This document shows positions 1 through 11,831 of a stretch of DNA of 64,000 bases, piece after piece. Positions within the stretch are counted from its first letter, which is position 1; each line of letters starts with the position of its first letter. The stretch covers positions 336-64,335 of the forward strand of contig JBBTRX010000001.1 of assembly GCA_038064975.1 (NCBI GenBank). The letters run 5' to 3'. The position numbers were made by a program, and so were the translations under genes. This DNA comes from Patescibacteria group bacterium. GTDB taxonomy: Bacteria > Patescibacteriota > Minisyncoccia > UBA6257 > 1-14-0-10-40-38. The notes beneath the pieces are model-generated. The model searched no databases. It worked only from the letters and a program-made list of their open reading frames with translations, and had not been told where the DNA came from.

Positions 1-456
1 CATACGATTTTTTATTTACGCTATGAGAGTGAATAAATAAACAACCATCGGTATCTACAAGACCCCGAAGACAAGAAATTCGAAATTTAGGATTCGCCAT
101 AATCCAACGAGGAATCCGAAGCCCTTGTGCCAACTTATTTCCACGACGGCAACCGCGAGATACCAGAAAATCTACGACAGTTGTGCTCGCAAGAGAAATA
201 ACGAGTGCTTGACGCTCCTTACGTTTACGCAATATAGGGGTAATATCAAAAAGCTTTAGACAAAGAGCAGCTATATATTGACTGTATGCTCTATCGCTAA
301 CCGCATTTACTGTAATCGTAGCTTGCCACGGATTATTTATGCCACCGTCTCCCAGCATAATCCCAATGAATTCAGCAAATTTTTGAGAAGGAAGCGGAAG
401 AACTACTAACTTACGATGACTTTTCTTTGGATATGTAAGCGAAGTGATAGTCGCCA
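1..456 (-). CDS. LAGLIDADG homing endonuclease, partial (N-terminal ~152 aa; C-terminus lies beyond the window start)
   Basis: Minus-strand translation from the ATG at ~456 reads MATITSLTYPKK...FIGIMLGDGGINN...LRGLVDTDGCLF. It shows both LAGLIDADG-type motifs (LGDGG and VDTDGC). The ORF runs off the window edge, which is why the ORF track does not list it. Confidence 0.6.
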
Positions 457-500
457 TTTTTATATTTTATCATATTTGGTCTAGTTCCAATATGTGCATA

Positions 501-538
501 AAAACAAAAAAGCTCTTCCCTGGGAGGGAAAGAGCTTC
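501..538 (-). terminator. Rho-independent terminator candidate downstream of ORF 551..1111
   Basis: Imperfect hairpin gctcttccc-tgg-gagggaaagagc. On the minus strand it is followed by a T-tract (plus-strand A-run 501-510). Confidence 0.4.
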
Positions 539-550
539 GTAAAAGGATTG

Positions 551-1111
551 TCACACTTTTTTGAACCAACCTGCGCCAATTTTTCTCCCTGGTTCATTAC
601 AAGGAACGAGATTACCATCAAAATCTTTGAGTATGAATATTTGGGGATGCACGTACTCTCCGTCAACATCAATCGGTATTCCCCTGCAGTAAGCAGGCCG
701 ATCTTTCTTTCGCTCTTCCTTTCCGGAAAAAATACATTCAATAATAAATGGACCATTTCCAAACGATTGCATCATTTCCTGATGGAACCGACATAGACAT
801 CCATGAAGAGTAAAATCATTCTCCCGAGGAACAGGGGTGGACATAGCCTGATCTGACCATCTCACTCGATCTCCCACAGAGAAGAGCTCCCATTCTGGAG
901 GTGGAAGCGGTTCCGGAAAAACAAGTGGCAGACGATCTTCTTCCATGAGGGATTCAACGGGAGATTTCGTCCATACCAATTCCATCCTTCCTTCTCCAAA
1001 ATCCACCATTTTTTTCGGTATTGTTTTCATGCCGTGACATACCCCACACAACGCATCGCCCAATCCTCCGCACTTCGGACACGGAACGTACTCTGCCGTC
1101 TTCGGATCCAT
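551..1111 (-). CDS. hypothetical protein with N-terminal CxxC...CxxC zinc-ribbon
   Basis: 186-aa ORF. N-terminus is CPKCGGLGDALCGVCHG. No family recognised. Confidence 0.45.
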   Translation of the reverse strand: MDPKTAEYVPCPKCGGLGDALCGVCHGMKTIPKKMVDFGEGRMELVWTKSPVESLMEEDRLPLVFPEPLPPPEWELFSVGDRVRWSDQAMSTPVPRENDFTLHGCLCRFHQEMMQSFGNGPFIIECIFSGKEERKKDRPAYCRGIPIDVDGEYVHPQIFILKDFDGNLVPCNEPGRKIGAGWFKKV

Positions 1112-1182
1112 GAAACATATCCTTCTTGTTAAGGGACCAAAGAGAAGGATAGCACGATCAAAAAGCTGGAGCTATTGCAATA

Positions 1183-2091
1183 CTATTTCCCCTCAAATGC
1201 TTTTTCTAACGTTGCAATATCAAATTTTTTCATCTTTAGGAATGCCTGCGTAACACGCGCGATTTTTTCTTTATCCCCGCTCCCCATCATGGTAGCCATC
1301 GCAGTTGGAACAATTTGCCATGAGACGCCGTATTTGTCCTTGAGCCATCCGCATTGCTCTGATTCCGGCACAGCAGATAATTTCTCCCAATAATAATCAA
1401 TTTCTTCTTGCGTATCACAATTTACAATAAAGGAAACCGCTTCGTTAAAATCAAATGAGTGTTTTCCAGCACCGTCCATTGCAGCAAACCAAGTATCAAG
1501 CAGTTTAAAATCTGCGAACATTACGTTCCCCTTGTTACCAGCCGGAGAAGTTTCTTCATATTTCGCGATCATGCCCAACTTTGATTCCTTGAAAACTGAT
1601 AGGTAAAAATTAAGTGCCTCTTCCGCCTTGCCACACTTTTCGTTAATAAATAAAAACGAAGGAATGATGCGCGGACGCTCTTCGCCTTTTGGATCAGTGA
1701 GGATCAATTGCCATGTGAATCCATATTTATCAGCGCACCAGCCATAGCGCTTACTAAAAGGATATTCCTGAAGCTCCATCATCACGTTGCCACCTTCGGA
1801 AAGCTTTGCCCAGATCTTGTCGATTTTTTTTGCCGCATCTGGATCCTGGGATGGATCAAAATTAACCATGAATGAGATCGCAGGAGTAGGTTTGAAATAT
1901 GGACCGGCACTAATTGAAAGAAAGTCAAAACCCCAAAGCGTAAAAGGCACGATATCAGTATCGCCGGACGGCGTGTCGCCAAGAGTTGATATTGTACCTA
2001 CTTTTGAATTGCCGCCGAAAACCGATACATAAAACTCCGCAGCTTCCTTCGCTTCTTTATCAAACCAAAGATGAGGAATAATATTTTTCAT
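1183..2091 (-). CDS. tandem-duplicated PhnB-like / VOC (glyoxalase-fold, 3-demethylubiquinone-9 3-methyltransferase-domain) protein
   Basis: Two repeats carry HLWFD...AEFYVSVF and CDTQEEIDYYWEKL...CGWLKDKYGVSWQIVP motifs typical of the PhnB-like family. Confidence 0.75.
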   Translation of the reverse strand: MKNIIPHLWFDKEAKEAAEFYVSVFGGNSKVGTISTLGDTPSGDTDIVPFTLWGFDFLSISAGPYFKPTPAISFMVNFDPSQDPDAAKKIDKIWAKLSEGGNVMMELQEYPFSKRYGWCADKYGFTWQLILTDPKGEERPRIIPSFLFINEKCGKAEEALNFYLSVFKESKLGMIAKYEETSPAGNKGNVMFADFKLLDTWFAAMDGAGKHSFDFNEAVSFIVNCDTQEEIDYYWEKLSAVPESEQCGWLKDKYGVSWQIVPTAMATMMGSGDKEKIARVTQAFLKMKKFDIATLEKAFEGK

Positions 2092-2163
2092 ATGTTTATT
2101 TCAACGAACAATAACGATACTCTTATAGAGATGAAGTGCTAATGAGATTAAAATAGTATGCAA

Positions 2164-2742
2164 CTAAATACTATACGTAAGAATACTCACTGCGCCGAAG
2201 ACGATAGCGCCGTAAAGCGCATAGAGCGCTATGGGATAGAAAAATGGGATACCCGAAATTGCAAATAAGAGCAGTGCCGCAACGCCCGTTGATTGCAAAA
2301 TCATTTTCGTCTTTCCCCATGCGTTTGCACGAATCTCTTTGCCGCGCCTATGTTTCAAATAATATGCACTTCCAATCAGCATCATCTCAATCAGAATAAT
2401 CATGAAAGCGATACCGAAGGACATAAATCGAGGAATAAGCAGAATCGCCACAAGGCCGATGAGGAGCTTATCCGCCATGGGGTCATACATTTTACCCCAG
2501 TCGGTAATTTGGTTGCGGGTGCGTGCCAAGGCGCCATCTAAAGCATCGGTAAACGCGGCAACAATAAAGAGTATGACAGAGAGCGGATAGAGTTCCAGAA
2601 AAACAGCAAAAGCAACAACCGGAACCATGATAAACCGAAAGATTGTAAGATGGTTTGGAGTAACCCGTGCCGGCAATAGTTTTAAAAACGTCGCCGCAAG
2701 TATCCTATCCGACACCGTTATCTTTTGCTCTTTTTCATTCAT
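2164..2742 (-). CDS. CDP-alcohol phosphatidyltransferase (PgsA-like)
   Basis: Multi-pass membrane protein with the D-G-x2-A-R...G...D...D signature (DALDGALARTRNQITDWGKMYDPMADK). Confidence 0.75.
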   Translation of the reverse strand: MNEKEQKITVSDRILAATFLKLLPARVTPNHLTIFRFIMVPVVAFAVFLELYPLSVILFIVAAFTDALDGALARTRNQITDWGKMYDPMADKLLIGLVAILLIPRFMSFGIAFMIILIEMMLIGSAYYLKHRRGKEIRANAWGKTKMILQSTGVAALLLFAISGIPFFYPIALYALYGAIVFGAVSILTYSI

Positions 2743-2745
2743 AGA

Positions 2746-3648
2746 CTATAGTTCCATTCCTCGTAATGCTGCCACACGCTCTTCCACGGGAGGATGCGTC
2801 ATAAATAATTTATGAATAAACGAAGTTTTTTGCTTTCCTTTAAACGGATCATCAATCCAAAGATGCGCTGTTGTGTTCTGCGCCCGAGTAACAGGGGTTG
2901 GATCTGAAGCAATTTTTATAAGTGCATTAGCGAGTCCCTCTGGGTAGCGCGTAAGGAGTGCACCGGAAGCGTCCGCGAGAAGCTCTCGTTTTCGAGAGAT
3001 AGCCAGATGCATAAGTGTCGCCGCAATGGGAGCAAGGAGTGACGCTGCAATCGCAACGATAAGAATCACAGGATTCCCTCCACTTCTATTATCTCTGTTT
3101 CGCATACCTCCAAAAAACGTCATACGCATAAACATATCTCCAAGTATAGAAATAAATCCGACTAAAACAACAACAATAGTAGAAACGAGCATGTCTCTGT
3201 TCCCAATATGAGAGAGCTCGTGTGCAAGCACACCTTCCAATTCATTACGCTCCAAACGCCCTAAGAGTCCGGTCGTAACCGCGATAACGGCGTGTTCCGG
3301 ATCCCTGCCAGTTGCAAAGGCGTTCGGTGATGGATCATTTATGCTATATATCTTTGGCACCGGAAGTCCCGCACCGATACAAAGATTCTCCACGAGAGTA
3401 TAGAGCTCCCGCGCATTCTCTCGCGTCACAGGCTGTGCGCGCGTCATTTTAAGTACGAGTTTATCGGACCACCAATATGCCGCAACATTCATAACGATAC
3501 TGAATACTACTGCAATATAGAGAATCATAGGATCACCGTACGCTTGAGCAAAAATCCATCCTACACCCACAACGACAACCAAAAAAACCGTGAATATAAG
3601 CCACGTTTTACGAATATTTTTTGCTTTATGAGTATAAAGAGAAGCCAT
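2746..3648 (-). CDS. htpX: M48 zinc metalloprotease HtpX
   Basis: HELSH zinc-binding motif, N-terminal transmembrane helices and typical HtpX length. Confidence 0.85.
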   Translation of the reverse strand: MASLYTHKAKNIRKTWLIFTVFLVVVVGVGWIFAQAYGDPMILYIAVVFSIVMNVAAYWWSDKLVLKMTRAQPVTRENARELYTLVENLCIGAGLPVPKIYSINDPSPNAFATGRDPEHAVIAVTTGLLGRLERNELEGVLAHELSHIGNRDMLVSTIVVVLVGFISILGDMFMRMTFFGGMRNRDNRSGGNPVILIVAIAASLLAPIAATLMHLAISRKRELLADASGALLTRYPEGLANALIKIASDPTPVTRAQNTTAHLWIDDPFKGKQKTSFIHKLFMTHPPVEERVAALRGMEL

Positions 3649-3851
3649 AGGGATAGAAGCTAGTATCTAGAAGTTAGTAAGTAGAAGGCAGAGAGTGAAA
3701 AGGAATACTTAATAGACAATAGTTCGTCGCATTTTACTAAACTGCGACGTCTTCGTCGCTCTTCGCTCCTCGAGATGAAGATCGAGGTATTTCGGTTGCG
3801 AAGGATTAGTCATCTTTCTTCGTAACTACTGATTCCTAAATTCTCTTTTTC

Positions 3852-4418
3852 CTAGAATTTCACTTGTACCGGTTCTCTTTGCGATGCGTCTACTACTTCA
3901 AAAAAGTTCTCTTGTTTGAATTTAAACATGCCCGCAATGATGTTTGACGGGAAAGATTCTATCTTCGTGTTTAACTCCTGAACGACAGCGTTGTAAAACC
4001 GGCGTGCCGCTTGGATTTTATTTTCCGTATCAGCAAGCTCTCTCTGGAGTTCAAGAAAATTCGTGTTGGATTTCAAATCAGGATAATTTTCTGAAACAGC
4101 AAACAGTGTCTTCAAGGTTGAAGATAGTGCATTTTCTGCTCCTGCTTTTTCAAGTGCCGTACCTCCGGTCGCCATAGCTTGCGTTCGTGCTTTCGTAACG
4201 CTCTCCAGTACTCCGCTCTCCTGCTTCATGTAGCCCTTCACCGCTTCAACGAGATTCGGAATAAGGTCATATCTACGCTTGGTTTGCACATCAATATCGG
4301 ACTCTGCTTCTTTCTCGCGATTACGCAACGAAATAAGCCGGTTATACGTAGCGATAACGTACAAGATAGCTATTACTACAACTGCCAAAATGGCGTACAA
4401 AAAATATGCGGTATTCAT
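3852..4418 (-). CDS. lemA: LemA family membrane protein
   Basis: N-terminal TM followed by YNRLISLRNREKEAESDIDVQTKRRYDLIPNLVE..., typical LemA. It is adjacent to htpX, as is commonly seen. Confidence 0.8.
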   Translation of the reverse strand: MNTAYFLYAILAVVVIAILYVIATYNRLISLRNREKEAESDIDVQTKRRYDLIPNLVEAVKGYMKQESGVLESVTKARTQAMATGGTALEKAGAENALSSTLKTLFAVSENYPDLKSNTNFLELQRELADTENKIQAARRFYNAVVQELNTKIESFPSNIIAGMFKFKQENFFEVVDASQREPVQVKF

Positions 4419-4538
4419 AATGATTTATTATAGCACAAAACGAGACTTTCCTAATATACGAATCGAGCGCGAATATGCGAATAACAACCGGAATAATCAA
4501 CTCATTAACTGATTAACTGTCCACTAATCAACTGAATT

Positions 4539-6194
<1,656 letters not shown>

Positions 6195-6258
6195 TTAATA
6201 GTTAATAGAGAATGTACAATAGACAATTATTAATTATCCATTATTCATTGTTAATTGT

Positions 6259-6552
6259 TTATTCTTTTATGATTCCCAAAATGTCGTCTTCGTCGCCGAC
6301 CAGATACTTTTTTCCATCTATTTCAAATTCATCCGGACCATATTTTTTAAATAACACCACGTCTCCGGTTTTGACTGACATAGGAATTCGCTCGCCCTTA
6401 TCATTTACTTTACCTGGACCCGTTGAAATAATTTTTCCCTTAATCGGTTTTTCCCGTTCCGCAGTGTCGGGAATAACAATTCCTGATTTCGTTGTTTTGT
6501 CTTCTTCAATAGGTTCTATAAAAACCCGATTTGATAATGGTTGAAAATTCAT
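6259..6552 (-). CDS. groS: co-chaperonin GroES
   Basis: 97 aa with mobile-loop and roof-hairpin features, located upstream of groEL. Confidence 0.95.
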   Translation of the reverse strand: MNFQPLSNRVFIEPIEEDKTTKSGIVIPDTAEREKPIKGKIISTGPGKVNDKGERIPMSVKTGDVVLFKKYGPDEFEIDGKKYLVGDEDDILGIIKE

Positions 6553-6589
6553 AGTATACGAATGCCTAGCGATCGGTTTTTAATATAAA

Positions 6590-6615
6590 TGGCACTCATG
6601 ACTAGAGAGTGCTAA
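6590..6615 (-). promoter_or_regulatory. CIRCE operator (HrcA-binding inverted repeat) upstream of groES
   Basis: tGGCACTC-atgactaga-GAGTGCTAA against consensus TTAGCACTC-N9-GAGTGCTAA. The arms GCACTC/GAGTGC are perfect with a 9-nt spacer. Confidence 0.7.
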
Positions 6616-6620
6616 TAGGC

Positions 6621-6649
6621 ATTCTAGGGACGAGGAGCCGGCTTGTCAA
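6621..6649 (-). promoter_or_regulatory. sigma70-type promoter for groESL
   Basis: On the minus strand: TTGACA, 17-nt spacer, TAGAAT. CIRCE sits just downstream. Confidence 0.5.
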
Positions 6650-6748
6650 TACTCTAAAAGGTTTTAGCCACTAGGCCTGCCGGCAGGCAGGCAGGGTTTA
6701 GGGAATAGGGGCTAAAAATTTAAAATTCTATTTTCTACTTACTAGCTT

Positions 6749-7447
6749 CTAGATTCTACTCCCCTCGTATTCCTCAATACGACGCGTATCAAGATGGAGT
6801 TCTAATTCATCGTCGCTTACAATAATTCTCGGCTTGTAACCGGCATGAGGAATAAGTCGCTCCTTTATACGTACAACCTGTACTCCTTTCAATTTTCTTT
6901 CAAACCAGTCCCCCAGCGAGCCAGATAATATTCGCTCACTTATTTTTTTGAATGATGAATCGGTTTTGTAGCCATGCCGAAGATCTTCACGATATATCAC
7001 GCCACCTTCTATCCAATCGTTTGCAGCAAAGAATGTTTTAATTTTTTTCTCCGGACCAAATACGGGAACTAAACAGCTGTATAAGGCGTGCCAATACGCA
7101 TCATGCGGAGGCGAAAGCCGATACGAACAGGCGGAAATAAAATGATTAAGACAGAGCGTATCCGCGGCTTCAAAACTATCGTGATCCAGATTCTTTCTCC
7201 GCCGCCCCAACATGTCCAACATAAGAATAGTAATAAAGCGGGCGGTAAACATCCGCCCCTCTCGCACGGAAATAATGACGTCAAAATCTGACTCCGGTTT
7301 CACATTCCCGATTGCCATAGATCCCGCAGCGCATACGAATTCAACAAAAGGAAGAAATCTGAATATATTTGACTGCCGAATAAGCTTCAACCACTTTTTG
7401 TCATACAGTGTTTTCTGCACCAGCGATTCAAAGCCCAACATATACAC
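6749..7447 (-). CDS. hypothetical protein, possible Pol-beta-superfamily nucleotidyltransferase
   Basis: AAGSMAIGNVKPESDFDVII resembles the GS...D.D nucleotidyltransferase motif. Weak. Confidence 0.4.
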   Translation of the reverse strand: MYMLGFESLVQKTLYDKKWLKLIRQSNIFRFLPFVEFVCAAGSMAIGNVKPESDFDVIISVREGRMFTARFITILMLDMLGRRRKNLDHDSFEAADTLCLNHFISACSYRLSPPHDAYWHALYSCLVPVFGPEKKIKTFFAANDWIEGGVIYREDLRHGYKTDSSFKKISERILSGSLGDWFERKLKGVQVVRIKERLIPHAGYKPRIIVSDDELELHLDTRRIEEYEGSRI

Positions 7448-7530
7448 AGTATAAAGAAGTAAGTATAAAGTATAAAGCGAAAAACAAAATACAGTATTTA
7501 GTCCGGCAGAGCCGGATAAGTTATAAGTTT

Positions 7531-8595
7531 TTAGTCGTTAGTTTCTTCCTGTAACGGCTGATCAAGTGCTTCAGGGGTTATTTCCGCAGCAACTCCGCTG
7601 ATACGTAAAACGTCTTTATCGATCTTCCCTAATTCTTTATATGCACTGTTATATGCATTTACTGTCGTACCCAAATGATTGCCGATTTTTTTCATATACG
7701 ATTCGTAGCTTGAAAGGTGTCTCCCCAATTCTTCCACGCGCTTGCGAATCAGTTTTGCCGATTCTTCAATCTGGAGCGCTTTTAATCCTTGAAGAACCGT
7801 CTGGAGATATGCCAAAAATGTCGTAGGAGAAACGATCATCACTTTTTTCTCACCTGCGGCGTATTCAATTAAATCCCGCGTATTCGCTTTAACCGCACCC
7901 ACCTTATTAATAAGAAGATCATAGTAGACTGCTTCTGCAGGAATAAACATAAACGCGAATTCCATCGTCCCCTCCGACGGCTTTACGTATTTAGACGTCT
8001 CATCAATGCGGTTTTTTAAATCATTGCGGAACGCGGCTTCATGCTGTGCCCGCTCCTCCGGATCATGTGCTCCCAACAGGCGATTATAATTTTCCAATGA
8101 GAATTTTGAATCAATAGGAATAATACGATCTTTCACAAAAATGACTGCGTCAACAATCGTTCCATCTTTAAACGGATATTGCATCTGGAAACTCCCGGGC
8201 GGAAGCACATTTTTCAAAACAGTTTCAAGGTAATACTCCCCGAGTATTCCTCGCTGTTTCGGATTTTTTAAAATGTCCTGCAAATTTTTCAGCTGATCGG
8301 CAAAATTTACCACCTGTTTATTCGTTTCATCCAGACGCGTCAGGCGCTCAGTAACATCTTGGATAATCCTGGTACTCGCGCCAAACTGCTCGCGCATATG
8401 GGCTTGCATTGCATGACTTGATTCATTGAGCTTCAAATCCAATGTTTTTGCGATTTCGCTCACCTGATTTTGAAGCAATAAAAAAGCCTGGCCGTCGCCC
8501 CGATCGTCGGTACGCCCCTTGCGGAGAACAAATAAAACAGCTCCAAATCCAATAAGGAGAACCCCTAACGCAACAGTAAAAAAAAGCGTATCCAT
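7531..8595 (-). CDS. rmuC: DNA recombination protein RmuC
   Basis: N-terminal TM plus coiled coil, with a conserved RmuC C-terminal region (QRGILGEYYLETVL...IPIDSKF). The start was trimmed to the ATG (MDTLFF) preceded by GAGGAG; the track's longer ORF overlaps the upstream gene. Confidence 0.75.
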   Translation of the reverse strand: MDTLFFTVALGVLLIGFGAVLFVLRKGRTDDRGDGQAFLLLQNQVSEIAKTLDLKLNESSHAMQAHMREQFGASTRIIQDVTERLTRLDETNKQVVNFADQLKNLQDILKNPKQRGILGEYYLETVLKNVLPPGSFQMQYPFKDGTIVDAVIFVKDRIIPIDSKFSLENYNRLLGAHDPEERAQHEAAFRNDLKNRIDETSKYVKPSEGTMEFAFMFIPAEAVYYDLLINKVGAVKANTRDLIEYAAGEKKVMIVSPTTFLAYLQTVLQGLKALQIEESAKLIRKRVEELGRHLSSYESYMKKIGNHLGTTVNAYNSAYKELGKIDKDVLRISGVAAEITPEALDQPLQEETND

Positions 8596-8632
8596 CTCCT
8601 CAAGTATACCCGAGACTTCTAGCGGAACAAAT

Positions 8633-10186
8633 TTAGCGGCGACTCCAATACGGTAAACAGTTTTCGCTTCCACATTTTAAGAAATACATAGTATTTTGAC
8701 CACCAACCGTTTGAAGAAACGTTACGACGGGAAGACCGTCCACACCAAGACCAATGGATGCATATTTACCGCCCCCTTCTCCGCCAAGAGATGCAGGTAA
8801 ATCTAATGCCAAAGGCGTGCCATGACTGATGGTACATTCTTTATTGCCACATTTTCGGACATAAAGTGCTTGAGCCGTCTTACTTTGATACGCAATTAAC
8901 GGCAAGCCATCAATGCTGGTAGTAATGGAAGAATATTTACCAACATCGCCTTCTGAGAGTGAACTGACTGTAGAAACTGTAACCAAACTTGGAGTGCAAT
9001 TAATATCTTTACAAGAAAGAAGCATTAAACGTCCATTAGTAGCATGATAAACAGTAATAAGAGGAAACCCATCAGAACCAACAGTAACGGAAGCAAACTC
9101 TCCAACGACCTCATTGAGAGCGTTATTAATAAGCTTATTAGTTACACTACTTGTGCATTCCATATTGGTACATTTTTTAAAATAAATACCTTGTGCGCCA
9201 GCAAGAACGTCATAATAGACGAAATAAGCCGTAAAGAGTAAACCATCCGAACCTAAAGCGAGCTGAGCTCTTGTTCCATTTTTTTCATCTCCCGATGGAA
9301 AACCAGAACCAAGAGTACTAATTGTTACTGGATTAGGAGGATTCTCACAACTTATATTTTCACAAAGAATAAGATAAACTCCTGCAGATGTAGTGCCTCT
9401 TCTGTAAGAGATCGCAGGAAATCCATTAGATTGCGTAGTAATTGAAGTCGGAAGATCTAGGACATTTATAGTATCGAGATCTCTATATGTAGAATTTTTA
9501 CACTCATAATCATAACAAGCATAAAAAATCAATTTAGGACCTGACGCAATACCCGCAATTATGGGATATCCATTTTGACCAATACTAATAGAAACATTTC
9601 CTATTCCCTGCGCAAGATCAAGATCGCTTATAGAAACCGGATTACTACAATCAGGGATAGTACAATGCCCGACTTTAATTCTACCGTCATCAACATAGAC
9701 GAATACCGGCATACCATCCCTACCTATAGTAAGCGCTAAATATCCTCCGGAAATAACTTCTGTTGGGTTGGGTAGACGATAATAAAAATTTTGCGTCGGA
9801 ATCTTAGTATTCGGGAAGAATCGCTGAGATATACCCTCAAGAGTAATACCACCATTAACGCTTAACTTAGCAATAGCAGTAGGTCTTCCAATCGCTACGT
9901 TCCCTTGAGTTAAAAGATTGTTACCGTTAGCAGTGATTCCGATATAAGACGAGCCAATACTTAAAGCTCCTCCAACAGAAAGCGCGCTCTGCGGTTCTTC
10001 TGAATCCGAAAGTGCAATACCTACTTTCGTAGGATCAGTTACACCAGGTTTTAGCCCACCAACTCCAACTCCCGGAAAATTATTGGGATTAACCCACGCA
10101 AAAACTCCGCCCGCAAACAGAATCGCCGCAGACAAAAAAGCGATGGCGAAGATGAATTTGGTATTATGATGCATAAATTTTTCCAT
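8633..10186 (-). CDS. surface repeat protein, paralog 1
   Basis: N-terminal TM/signal, then a Gly-rich beta-helix-like region (SVGGALSIGSSYIGITANGNN). About eight ~40-aa repeats follow, of the form [ST]x[IL]GxDGxPxI.Y...KCxxxxC. C-terminus is CLPYWSRR. Confidence 0.6.
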   Translation of the reverse strand: MEKFMHHNTKFIFAIAFLSAAILFAGGVFAWVNPNNFPGVGVGGLKPGVTDPTKVGIALSDSEEPQSALSVGGALSIGSSYIGITANGNNLLTQGNVAIGRPTAIAKLSVNGGITLEGISQRFFPNTKIPTQNFYYRLPNPTEVISGGYLALTIGRDGMPVFVYVDDGRIKVGHCTIPDCSNPVSISDLDLAQGIGNVSISIGQNGYPIIAGIASGPKLIFYACYDYECKNSTYRDLDTINVLDLPTSITTQSNGFPAISYRRGTTSAGVYLILCENISCENPPNPVTISTLGSGFPSGDEKNGTRAQLALGSDGLLFTAYFVYYDVLAGAQGIYFKKCTNMECTSSVTNKLINNALNEVVGEFASVTVGSDGFPLITVYHATNGRLMLLSCKDINCTPSLVTVSTVSSLSEGDVGKYSSITTSIDGLPLIAYQSKTAQALYVRKCGNKECTISHGTPLALDLPASLGGEGGGKYASIGLGVDGLPVVTFLQTVGGQNTMYFLKCGSENCLPYWSRR

Positions 10187-10190
10187 AGCA

Positions 10191-11720
10191 TTATCGTGTC
10201 CAATACGGCAGACACCTATCGCTTCCGCATGTTACGAGCTTAAAACCCCCATCTATACGATATGCGACTATCGGTATGCCATGTGATCCAATAGCGACTG
10301 TTGTTCCAAAATTAATAGCATTACTTTGCTCAAGTTCATAGAGTGTATTTTTACCCGAAGAACAATCAGAGCTTGAGCACACGGCAATACGAGAGGCAAG
10401 CATGGGGTTGAGAGACCCTGCTGTTGAGCTTGCAATATAACTTATGACTGGAAAACCATTTATTCCCAATGTGATAGCATTCCACTCCCCACTATTCCAC
10501 GTCGGAGACATGGTGAAACTATCTACCACATTAGATGTAGACGCCGTACAACTAATATCAAGACATTTTAAGACGCGCAACTCACTCAGCCCTCCCACAC
10601 GCACACCGGTGGAAATAACTGGTAATCCATCCAATCCGATTGTGAGCGAATTATGGTATCCGGAGCCTTTTTCACTTGAACCCATATCTTTAGTTAAAAA
10701 ACTAAGACAATCATAATTGGTATTACACTTTGCAAGACGAAGTCTCTGCGAACCGGTAGTGCTCGCGTAATACGACATAACAGGAAGGCCATCATACCCG
10801 ATACCCATAGAGACTGTACCAAATATGACACCTCCCGGAGGGATATCAAATCCCTCCTGAATAGTGCTTGTTAGACCAAGATCGCTACAACCCGCATCAT
10901 TACATTTTCGAAATACAAGTTTATTGGGTGATCCGGCCCGATAATACGCAAGCACGGGATTGCCCGTCTCCGGACTGATACGTATAGAAGGTGAATATCC
11001 TTCGGGATCTACGATACTTTTAATAGATGTCATGCAAGCGATATCGGAACATTTTGCAACTTTTAATTGAGTATTAAGAGTGATTGGATCAACAAAATTA
11101 TAAGCGAATACAGGGCGATTATCTGAACCAATAACAAGAGAATTATCAGCGCTCGTAAGCGCTCCACTTGCTTCTACCAATGAATCAGTATAAGTAGTAC
11201 ACCGTACGTCGTTGCATTTAACAATACGGAACGCCCCTATTCCCGCCTCTTCGGAGGCATAGTATGCCATTACCGGAAAACCATCCGAACCAATAGTCAT
11301 AGAGATATATCTTCCACCAGTAACATTCAAAAGACTTTCCCCTTCGTTTATTGGAAAGCGAGCGTCCCATGATCCGAATTGGATAGTTCTTCCAATGGCA
11401 ATTGTTCCGTTAAGATTTAATGATCCCTTAATAACAGAAGCTCCCTCCCCTATGCCAGCCTTTCCCTCAACATACATTGTTCCTGGAGGAGCAAAAGTCG
11501 TTGTAGCATAGGACCCTATACTCGCACCTCCCAGGACCGTAAGAGAACTTCCCGAAAGAGAAGTATTAATCCCAATATTGCCTCCTTGCGATCGGAGCAC
11601 TCCTTGTTCTGTAGGCGGGTCTTGAGTTGGACTAATAAAACCAAACGTAAGTCCAGCAAGAAGAATAGCAAAAAAAGCTGCCGCGGAAGTTATATTAATG
11701 AGAATACGATGTTCGTGCAT
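10191..11720 (-). CDS. surface repeat protein, paralog 2
   Basis: Same architecture as paralog 1, C-terminus CLPYWTR. The 88-bp repeat lies directly upstream of its start. Confidence 0.6.
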   Translation of the reverse strand: MHEHRILINITSAAAFFAILLAGLTFGFISPTQDPPTEQGVLRSQGGNIGINTSLSGSSLTVLGGASIGSYATTTFAPPGTMYVEGKAGIGEGASVIKGSLNLNGTIAIGRTIQFGSWDARFPINEGESLLNVTGGRYISMTIGSDGFPVMAYYASEEAGIGAFRIVKCNDVRCTTYTDSLVEASGALTSADNSLVIGSDNRPVFAYNFVDPITLNTQLKVAKCSDIACMTSIKSIVDPEGYSPSIRISPETGNPVLAYYRAGSPNKLVFRKCNDAGCSDLGLTSTIQEGFDIPPGGVIFGTVSMGIGYDGLPVMSYYASTTGSQRLRLAKCNTNYDCLSFLTKDMGSSEKGSGYHNSLTIGLDGLPVISTGVRVGGLSELRVLKCLDISCTASTSNVVDSFTMSPTWNSGEWNAITLGINGFPVISYIASSTAGSLNPMLASRIAVCSSSDCSSGKNTLYELEQSNAINFGTTVAIGSHGIPIVAYRIDGGFKLVTCGSDRCLPYWTR

Positions 11721-11721
11721 A

Positions 11722-11809
11722 GGAATAGAATCTAGAAAATAGAATCTAGAAAATAGAAATAAGAAGTGGAAAATAATATTTGTATCATTTGTATATTAGT
11801 ATCGATACA
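11722..11809. repeat. 88-bp repeat, copy 1 (inverted relative to 16277..16364)
   Basis: The reverse complement is 87/88 identical to 16277..16364. It contains tandem tagaatctagaaaa units and ends 1 nt before the paralog-2 start codon. Confidence 0.8.
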
Positions 11810-11831
11810 CAATTTCTTTGTTTATTGCACA

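Noticed and set aside
481-551. rRNA or intron flank for the LAGLIDADG gene
   Set aside because: The flank is AT-rich with a simple hairpin terminator and does not resemble conserved rRNA sequence.
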